64,000 bases of DNA from Protoeuglena noctilucae (taxonomy: Eukaryota): positions 620,001-684,000 of the forward strand of contig OY253674.1 in assembly GCA_958009085.1 (NCBI GenBank), read 5' to 3'. This document shows, one piece after another, positions 13,407 through 23,155 of the stretch (position 1 is the first letter of the stretch; each line of letters begins with the position of its first letter). The position numbers and the translations under genes are program-made. The notes below the pieces were generated by a model, which saw nothing but the letters and a program-made list of their open reading frames with translations, was not told the origin of the DNA and did no database searches.

Positions 13407-15195
13407 ATGGCATGGGGCAGAGGAGGCACCGTTGGCGTGGAGGACTGGGTTCGGCGCTTGAAGGTGCAGCCGGCGCGCGCGTGAGGCCTCGGCTGTAAAG
13501 GGCTGCGCGCTCGCTGCGCCGATGACCGTACCGCTCCTTCCTCCTGCGCAGGCCAATGACGGGAGCCTCACAAGCCTCACGGTCATGCGGCAGCGGAGGC
13601 TGGACTACCCAGCGGTGCAGGCGCTGTGGTGCGTCGGCAAGCTGGGGCCCTGCGTGACAGCGGTTTCGGTCATATTGCATGCATGGACAACGTTGCGCTT
13701 GCCTTGGCCGACTCCCGCAGTGAGGCCCTGGAGAGCAACACGACGCTGACGGAGCTCTACGCCAGCGGGCATGCGCTGGACAAGGACAGCCTGGCGGCCC
13801 TGGCGGCGATGCTGCCCCGCAACGCCACCCTCACGTCACTCAACGTGGGCGACGGTTCCCTGGGCGACCAGGGATTGGCCATCCTGGCCGCTGGAGTGGG
13901 GACGAGCCCGAGCTTGACGCGCTTGGATTTGGAGAACAAGGGCATCGAGGGGCAAGGGGTGGCCGCGCTGGCAGCAGCGGTGGCGCAGGCACCCGCCAGC
14001 AAGCTCAAGGAGCTGGTCTTGTCGCGCAACCCCCTCTCGGCGGAGGGCGCAGCGGCCTTGGCACCCATCCTGCCGAGGCTTGAGGTGCTGGAGCTGAGTG
14101 ACTGCCGGTGGGCGTCGGGGTTGGACGCATCGGCGAGCTCTCCGGGCCCTACGGCGCTGGCATGGGCTCTGAGACATTGCGGGCAGATGAGGAAGGTGAG
14201 GGGCCAGCACCTTGCCCGAACGGCAACAGGTGGGGTTTGTGTACCTCGAGTGCTCCTGGACTCTTGGCCACATCCGTGCTGTCCTGCCTCGCAGCTTGCA
14301 CTCGACGGCTCGGCATTTGATGGGGCGTCGCTGGCGGAGCTGGGCGCGGCGCTGGGTCCGTGTGGAGCGCTACGTGAGCTCACGATGGCGCGGGTGAGCT
14401 GGCTGGGGGGGCGGCAGGGCGGCGTGCGTGCAGAGTTGAGCGCCTTGATGTGCTGCGGTGACCGGCTCCACCCGCGGCAATCGCAGTGCTTGATGGGACC
14501 GAGCGTGGGTGCGTTGCTGGCACCGATGGCGGCCGCTGGACGCCAGCTGGACTGCCTGGACCTCAGCTTGTGCGAGCTGGGAGACGAGGGTGCAGAGAAG
14601 GTCGCTGAAGCCATCCGTTCTGGCCTGGTCGTTCGCGCCTTGCGGCTGCATGGCAACGGTATCGGCGCCACGGGGACTGAGGCCCTGTGTGGCGCAGTGC
14701 GCACGAGTCTGGCGGCCAGCCAGGGCGTGACCTTGACATTGGACATGGGAGGGAACCCCGGGGGCGGTGCAGCGCTACGAGCGCTGGGAGACGCGAGGGG
14801 CCTGACATCGCTGTCTCTCTTCGACGCAAGGGTCGCCGACGACGACGTGCGATGGCTGGCAGAGAACGTCTGCCGGGGCGCGTTTGTCGACGCGACCCAC
14901 CTCAGTCTCGCGGGTAACTCTGTGTCCAGCGAGCCGCTAGTCGTCCTGTTGGATGCTTTGAGCGAACCCTCGAGCATGCCTGGGCTCCAGGTGCTGGAGC
15001 TGGCAGCCAATCCCGGCACGAAGGAGGAGAGCTTCGAGGTGAGGGCTGCACCCCGGCACAACACGCGTGGCATTGTGGCTGGTTATGGGAGGAAGCTAGT
15101 GTGGCGTGTCGGCGCGCTCGCAGGCAGCGGTCGGCAGGGTCACGTCTGCCAGGGGGCTCCAGGTCATCTGGAGGGTGGGGGCTACCGAGCTGTGA
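13407..15195 (+). CDS. Ribonuclease-inhibitor-type leucine-rich repeat protein (NLRC3/tropomodulin-like LRRs)
   Basis: Repeats such as LESNTTLTELYASGH, RNATLTSLNVGD, SPSLTRLDLENKGI, LKELVLSRNPL, LDLSLCELGDEG and LRLHGNGIG. Phase-consistent exons run from MAWGRGG to VIWRVGATEL*. Confidence 0.8.
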
Positions 15196-15375
15196 CACAC
15201 TGTGCTTCTGGTGGGCCCACTGGCACGTGGGACCGGCCATATCTCTTAAACCTGTGCTTCGTGGACGCCTTTGATGGTAAAATTACGTCCTCGAGCCCAC
15301 ATCGTGGCAGGCGTTGTGCATTTGAGCGACTTCTGGGGGTGGTGAAGCGTGCGTCCCACTTGGGTGCCGTTGCCG

Positions 15376-17674
15376 ATGCCTGGACCGGGCAGCCGCGCTG
15401 GTCCGGCTTCGGTTTCTGGGAGAGGTGGTTACGGCAATTCGAACCGGCGCCCGAAGCCGCTCCGGGACAGGTCAAGTCAGCGCGGCAAGCACGGGAAGTT
15501 CCTCCATCAAACGATTGAAATCTCATCGGACAGCAGCACAGCTCACTCGGACGAAGAGGACGTCCAGGTAGCCCGCGTCGAGCCTGGCGCAAGCCCTGAG
15601 AGTGGCGAGGGGGGGATCGAGAGAAATTGGCGGAATCTGGCGAGCCCGGCATGCAGGGGAAGCCTCCATTACGCGATGTCTAACTCATGGCCGCAGGACA
15701 GCCCAAGCTCCTCGGAGACAGGCCCGCTGGTGGGCCGTATCGCTTCCAAAGAGTTCTTGCCGACGCGGACCGGCGATTTATCGGCGTCTTCACCGGCCGG
15801 GTCGTGTCGCACCGCAAGGGGCTGTACTCGGTGCGGTATATCGATGACGACGAGGAGGACTTCACGCCAGCGGAGCTGGAGCGCCTGCTCGTCGACGTGA
15901 CCAACGAGCCCCCCCGAGCGAGCGCAGGTGACCAGCGGCAACGCCCGAGATCCTGCCGGCTTGGCGAACCTCTCGGCATCATTCAGATACACAAGAGTTT
16001 TTCCCGGCCCGCAGCAGAAGGCAGAGAGGTGGCGTTCCTCGGAGTCCGGCGGGTCTCGCGCCCCGCATCGCCGGGGAAGCCGTTCGTGGCTTTCTGTCAA
16101 AACGTGGTGGCGAAGGGTGCGAGGCCGTGCCGGCCTGTCCTGAGGTCGGCCGGTGCTGGAGCTTAAGTCACGTCACGCTGTGCTGTGCTTCGCGCAGGCG
16201 TCAAGGGTAAGAAAGTTATCATTGGCGACGAAAGGGATTGCATCATCGGAAGCTACCAGACGAGCTTGGAGGCCGCCTGGAGGCACGACCACTTCATCGT
16301 GGCGGTGAGGGCAGGCAATTGTTGGAACGTCCACGCGCCAAGCCCCTTCGCTGCGTGAGACGGGACGCCCTTTTGCTGTCACCAGGAGAAGTGCCTCAAC
16401 GTCGACGGCACGCTCCCCAAGCTCAATTTCCCGAAAGTCTATCGCGCGTGGATCGAGCGGCAAGTGGCCCTCAAGGTCTTCCCGGACCCCGGGGAGGGTT
16501 TCTACGATGCTGACCTAAGCCTCGCAGCGGCAGCGCTCATCCCTGTCGCCGGGGAGGAGAAGAAGGGCCGCAAGCGAAGGCGGTTGATCACCGGGGGACC
16601 GGGGAGGGGGACCCACGCAGCATCGCCCCCCGCCTCGCCCCCGGCTCCCCTGCCTGCGCGCGTGCGGGCCGTCTCCCGCCCCTCGCCGCCTCGAGCCTCT
16701 CCGCCCAGCAAGTCTCAGCATGCCGAGGTCCCGTCTGCACCCTCGGAGCGACCAACCCATGCCGCTTCGCTCCACGCCCCGCCACGCACCCCCTCGCCAG
16801 TCCGTTCCCCAGCGCCGCCCGCGGACGCCAACCACGCCCATCGCTCGACCTCGCCCAAGCCATCGGACCCAGCCAAGCTGCCTGTCCAAGGCTGGGCGGA
16901 CGCCCACTCTGTCCCGGAGGTGAAATTCCCCGTCAGCGGCCTCTGATAGCCGCCTCCGATAGCTCCAAGCAGCCCCGTCCTTGCCCCGGCACCTCTGCAA
17001 GACTCTCTCCGTCGACTGAAGCCGTGGAAAATTCCCTCACTGCCCCCGCGACCTCAACCACCTCGCAAGCCCTTCCTGCCCCCCCAGCCCGCCTCACAAC
17101 AGGCCGAGCCCTACCCCGGGGTCACCACGGAGCTCACAGGGGGCGTCCCTTCGTGGGTGTCCATGGTTCCCTGCCGAATGACGCCGACCGGGTACATCCA
17201 CCTGGGCTATTTTTACGATCCGGAGAGCGCAGCACGCGCGAGGGACACCTTCATTTGCATCAACCACTGGCGCGATATCGACGGGCGGCTCCTGGACCTC
17301 AGCTTCCCTGACTCGTCGGGTGCGTGCGTCGGTTGCTGGCGTCTCTGCCGCTGCTGTGCCCAGCGATGGACTCTGACAAGGGCGCACCAGTGTTGCACGC
17401 CGCAGGGAGGGGGCAGGAGTACCTGTCCCTGCCGGAGGTGGACCCCGCGAGCCCCTTCTGCACCCTCGCGCCCGGCCCCAACGGCCCAGGGGCCGCCAAT
17501 ATGAGCAACGGGCCAACGCAGTTGCCACTACCAGTTTGCTTGGCAGCCGTCACCAGGGGCTCGCATTCATCGTTGAGCAAGCTTCTGTCAGCAAGCTATT
17601 GCATTCGCTTGCTGCACGCATGGCTTGGTCCGGTTACACATGGTTGCATGCACTTGCTATGGTGCATGCTATGA
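15376..17674 (+). CDS. Tudor-like domain + two AP2-like DNA-binding domains; apparent frameshift near 15757
   Basis: Tudor-like LVGRIASKEF / FTGRVVSHRKGLYSVRYIDDDEEDF. First AP2-like: FLGVRRV...CIIGSYQTSLEAAWRHD...PKLNFP. Second AP2-like: YPGVT...YIHLGYFYDPESAARARD...LSFP. NLS-like KKGRKRRR. Confidence 0.65.
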
Positions 17675-17692
17675 AACATGTCAGCGCCACTG

Positions 17693-20600
17693 CTACTCCC
17701 CGTCGCTGCTCGCTGCCTTCTCGTCGCCCTCCCCGCCGCCGTCGCCCTCCGTCGGCCCAGGCGCCATGCGCACCAGCTTGAGGTGCCCAAACGCGTCGCG
17801 CCCTGCGACAAGGTCAAGCGCAAATCCAACAGGTGTGACGATCCATCGCGGGGGCGCTCCGAAGCAACAGAGCCCACGCCGGGCGTGACATGCAAGGCCA
17901 GCTGCTTGGGCGCAAGTCGCGACGTCGCACCTGTGTGGCGGGAGCTGTAGTGCGCCGCGCTCTTCTCCGTCTGGAAGCGCCGCCCCACGTTCTTGGCCAG
18001 CAAGTCGGTGACCACGTTGGAGGACCGATCGAGGCCCCCGCCCGTCCTCGTGAGGCGGAGCTCGGATGGGGCACACATGGCGGGCGTGGCGTGGAACCAC
18101 GGGCTCTGCAGCGCCTGCTGTGCGGTGACGCGCCGGACAGGGTGGTAGTCGAGCATCCCGCGCAGCAGCTGGAAGCCCTCGTCGTCCAGGTCACCGAGCT
18201 GGGCCCTGCGTGGGGGCAGAAGCAACAACCGCATCGTCGCCCGGCGACCCAATCCAGTCCACGCGTGCGTGCCACTCTCGTCCGCAAGCACCTGTGTCCA
18301 TCCCCTTGACCTCGTGCACCCCCGGCAGCGCCCGTGGCCCTCACTCACCGAAGTCTGTCGTAAGTAGGCTCCTCCGTGCCGACCATCCCGGCCACCATGC
18401 GCCATTCGGGCAGTGTTTCAAAAAAGGGACACGAGGCCATGTTCGGGCGGCCGCACTTGGAGAATATGACTCTGAGCTGGTCCAATTCGGACTCGCCCTT
18501 GAATATGTGGTCCCCAATGACAATGTAGGCAAAGATGCATCCGACCGACCACATGTCGGCGGGCGGCCCGTAGGTCATCGTCCCCAGCAGCATCTCTGCG
18601 GGAGTGGGGAGCGAGGCCATGGCTTTCTTTTAAAATTCTTAACTCACATGCATGCTAGACTGCAAGCCAGACCGCCAAGAAAGGACCAAAGGATTGAGAA
18701 TGCGAGCAGGCGTCACTGCCAAGCATGGCTCTAGGGCCCAAGCCAGGCGAACCCAGTCCGCGGCGCCTTACCTGGTGGCCGGAACCACATGGATATCAGA
18801 TTGGGCGTCTGCTTCTGCTCGTGCCAGTTGGGGCCGATGTAGCGTGACAGCCCAAAGTCTGCCAGCTTGACCGTGCCGTGGCGGTCGAGGAGCACGTTCG
18901 CGGGCTTGAGGTCCCTGTGCTCGTATCCGAGCGCGTGCATGACGGAGAGGCCGAGGAGCACCTGGTGCAGCAAGCACTTGACTTCAGCAATCGTCGGGCG
19001 CACCTCCCTCACGTGCCCCTGCAAATCGTGGTCCATGTACTCCAGGACTTGGTAGAAACCCTCGCGGCCCGCGTCCGGGACCATCTCGATGCACCGGACG
19101 ACGTTCTCGTGGACCACGGACTCGAACACCTTGATCTCCCGCACCACCGTGATGGGCACGCCGCCCGGCTGGCGCAGCGACACGTGCTTGATGGCGCAGA
19201 GGGTCCCCTTGTCCTTGTCTCGCGCCAGGAACACCCGGGAGTACGTCCCCTGCCCCAGCAACTTGTCCTCCATCACGTGATACCGGTCCGACACCTCCGC
19301 TCCCTCCTGGCCCAGGGAAGTAGCTTCGCAATTGCTGCCCCGCGACTCTCCCAGCACTCCCGGGGGCCCATACGTGGCGCCCAGTCCCGCGTGTATCACC
19401 GTCACCGCGCCGGCTGCGCCCTGCGACGCCTGGCCGCCGGCGCCGCCCACTGGAGCGCTCTGCACCCCACGCCCGCCGGCCTCCGCGCCCGTACGCGAGC
19501 GCTTCGACGCAGTGCCCGGCACCCCCTCCGCCTCGTCCAAGGCTGGGGACACTTCTCGGCTGCGCTTGAACCGCTGCCTGCGCACAGAAGACTCGCAGCG
19601 CCCTCAGAAACAGACAGGCGCAAGGGCACAGGGTCGCATGGGCGACTGGTTGGGACACCTGGTGCCCATGGCTGGGACTGCCACGCTGAGAGAGGCACAA
19701 ACATGCCAGCAGCCTCACCGCTCCGGGTCGTCGTCGCTGTCCCCCTCTTCCCCTGGCGGAGGCGCGCCCAATGCCGGCCTGTGGATTTCCCGCACCTCCC
19801 GTCGGCCGTCTGGGTACGTCACGACCATCTCCCTGTCCCCCGTCTCGACCGTCCCGAGCCTGCAAGCACAGTAACGCGGCAACAGCTGTTCTGATCGCCT
19901 CGTAGCGACCCAAGCCTCCACGTCAAGCCCGGGGGTGTGCACGGCGACCGCTCCCGCTAAGGCACGCAACAGGGCAGCCATGGCAACTCCCCTCGCCCCC
20001 GTCGCACCTGAAAGCAATGCCCTTCTTCTGCAGCAGCTTGTCCTGGTTCTTGATCCGATAGTCCTGCTGCGTCGCAGGCGCCGCCGTGGACTGCGGCCCC
20101 ACCCCAGCCCCCGCTCCCTCCCTGTGGCCAGCAGCTGGTCGCACGAGCCCTCGCCCATCCCCATCCGCATCCCCGCCAGCCTCTGTCTCTGAATAGAACC
20201 CCAGACCGGCTCGGTTGGTCCCGCTGGTGCCGACCGCCTGAATCGGATCCGCCCTGCCTGCCCTATCCGCGCCAAGCCCTTGGCCCTCCTGGTGCCCCAT
20301 CAAAGCCATCAGACGCACCGCGACCGCAGAGTACTCCGGCTGCGCCTCCGCGCCCTCCCTCATCTTCTTCGCAATCGCCTCGTTCAGCTTCTGTGGTGCG
20401 AGACAATGGGCGATGCAGGTGTTGCCCGTCCCCAGACCTGCCCTGAACTAACAATTGCCCTGACCACCTGCCCTGCCACGTTGTTGCATGGGGGCGCGTG
20501 TGCGGCACCCCTTCCGCCGCTCACCTTGCCCTTCCTGGCCAGCTCCTCATCCACGTGGTTCATGACCAGGTTCAGCGCCCTCGTCTGCTTGTCCAGCAAT

Positions 20601-22669
20601 GACTCGTTCATGGCCCGCATGGACGTCACAAACGCCATGTCCCCCATCATCTTGCTGCGGACAGCCGACGATTCGCGTCTCGCTATACCTGTCGTCACGT
20701 CACCTACGCTGGCCATCCCAACGCCGCCCACCTCAACGCAGCCCACCCCAGCAAAGCCCACCCCAACGCAGGCCACCACCACAAGCCACCGTGCAGCCCA
20801 CCCCTCCTGCTCCCTGAGCTCCACATCCCCACTCGCCTGAACCGCACGAGCGTCTCGATGGATTCTGCGTCCGTCGCAGCCTCGTGTGCCTTGGTCAGGG
20901 CCTCGACGCAGGCTCGGTACACGGGCGACTGTCGTGGCCGCATGCCCTTGGCCACCACGTACCGCTCCGAGTTGACCATCCTGCTGCGGTGCGGCTTCAC
21001 GACCCACACGCGGTCGAAGAGCAGGCAGAGCACGTACATGAGCGACGCCGAGAAGTCTGCGAGAGCGAGACGCGAGCGCACGTCCCTGCACCGACGCAGC
21101 TGCGCCGGACATCACCCACCAAGCACGCCCTGCGTCGCGGCACGGTGTCATGACGATGTTGGCGTTCGAGTCTCACCAGAGAAGGTGTCGAAGAGCTTGC
21201 ACACGAAGTTCCCACCTGTCTTGAGCACCCTGGCGGCGATGAGGTGCTCCGCCGTGATGCAGCGCGTCGACAGCAGCTCCTGGATGTTCTCCAAATGGTA
21301 CCCCTCCTGGTCCTTGCCGATCTCGAAACCTCCGTCCGACACGGCGATGTCCACGCGCCCCTCGCCCCGCTCGTCGCGCTCGATCTCCGTCACAAAGCTG
21401 GCCACGTTGGAAGGGAAGTAGACGTTCCCGGTGCCGTCGGCGCCGTACAGCGGGCGGAAAGCCGGCTCGTCGAAGAGACGCTTGTACCACAAGTCGTTCT
21501 TGTCCATGCCCTCCCAACGCAGCGTGATGCCGTAGCCATTCACGGCCTGGGTGCCCGTGAACCTGGGCAACTGCGGGCGAGGCTAGCCCCCGGTACTTGA
21601 CACAGATACAAAAACCGCCAGGTGGCCAGGCGACCTCGCGAGCCAGGGCCACGTACCTGCGTCAAGAGCATCTGCGTGAAGGCCCCCGGGCCCCCGCAAA
21701 TGTCCAGGAAGACGCTCTTCGGGGCCCTGCCCTGTGCAGGCTCCAAGTTGTCGAACAGGTTTACGGCTGCGAGCGTTCGAGAGCGCGGCCGCTGAGCGCG
21801 GGTCAGGCGCGTCCGTGCTCCAGAGTGAACACCACCCCGGCTCGCCTACGTGGATCTCCATGAGCTTGTCCCCGGCGCGGTTAAAGAATTCCCTCCCACC
21901 CTTCCTGTCCTGGACGAAGATTCTGTCCCGGGCCTCGTAGTACGTATCCGAATTGCCCGTGTCAAAAACCACGTCCATCCGCGTCTTCTCCCTCATGAGC
22001 TCGATCACCTGCAGGTGAAAAGACCTCGCGGTAGGAATGTCGCTGAAGTCTTGTGTACTGCGGAGGCCACTGCGGCCCCTCCGGCAGCTCCTGGCCGCTG
22101 AGCCGTGCCTACACGAACCTGGTTCCGCGGCGCCCAGTTGCCCGTCACGAGGCGGTTCTCATCCATGGTGGACACCGGCCGTACTTCCGCAGGTCGAACG
22201 AGAATCTCCCAGGGCTCGCACTCTGCGCTGTCCGCCAAAGCCCGAGCTGCGAGCAGCAGACGACCGAGGTGTGCTTCGCGCGCCCCCCCTGCCGAAAAAC
22301 CGGGCCTGGCTCAGCGAAGGCCCATCGCGCGGACCTTCAGGGTCGATATCGATGCGATACACCTCCGTCCTGTCGTCTAAACGGTGGTCTACGATGGACC
22401 GGCGGGCATCACGTGCCCCGCTCCACGCCAGCTCCTCTCCCGGCTCGCTCTTGGCCGTGGCGCGACCCCTGCGATGCACATATCACTCTCCACCTTAAGC
22501 ATAATGCCCAGCCGTGCTAGATGGCGACAAGGCAGGAGGTGCACAGAGAGAGAGTGCTTCACCTTCCCCTCCCACCCCTGCCACGCCCACGGCCCCTCCT
22601 GCCACCCCTAACCAACATGGGAGGGGCGCTATCCATCATCCCCACCGAGAGGAAGTTGCTATTGCTCAT
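17693..22669 (-). CDS. Predicted fusion protein: RG-rich N-terminus + CMTR1-like cap-specific mRNA 2'-O-methyltransferase (FtsJ/RrmJ fold) + G-patch + cyclin-dependent kinase (CDK9/CDKC-like)
   Basis: MTase: FFNRAGDKLMEI, FLDICGGPGAF, YGADGTGNV, AVSDGGF, GGNFVCKLFDTF, KPHRSRMVNSERYVV. G-patch: RLMALMGHQEGQGLGADRAGRADPI...RAGLGF. Kinase: GQGTYSRV, AIK, PITVVRE, HRDLKPAN, DFG, WFRPPEMLLG, DMWSVGC. All linking introns are phase-consistent. The domains are confident; the single-transcript model is less so. Confidence 0.78.
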
Positions 22670-23155
22670 GGATCCCCCCTGCCGCGCGCCGGCTCAGCCG
22701 GGATGAGGGGTTGAGGCGCTAACTCGCGCCCATCCTTGACTGCCACGTCAGTCTCCCTGCAGAGGGTTTCTCAGCCCACCTTGACTCGGGCAGGTACCAG
22801 GTAGGGTCTTTCGTTGGGGTCATGCCTTTGTCTCCCGGAGCGGCAGCGGATGTGTCTCAAACAACGCCCTGATGGTTTCTTGCTTACGTCTTAGTGTTTG
22901 TGGGCCTTTGTTGGGCCGGGCCAGCGGGCCGATTTGCATGCAAACAGCCATTCCTCGACTCCTCATGTGACGTAGCCGAGAGGGGTCGACGATGGGGAAT
23001 TCGTGCACGCGCTGCTTCGGTGCAGCTCCGGAGGGGGCGGCTGGCGCGTACCGGGTCCATGAAAACACCCACCACCTCGGGCTCTCCATGCCTGTCGTGG
23101 CGGCCTTGACGGAGCCCAGCGGTGCGTAGCCGGGCACCTTTGCTGCGTTTCCAGG

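Noticed and set aside
20716..20790. Degenerate ~15-nt C/A-rich repeats considered as a CRISPR-like array or mobile element
   Set aside because: They are short, imperfect and intronic, with no spacers, terminal repeats or associated enzymes.
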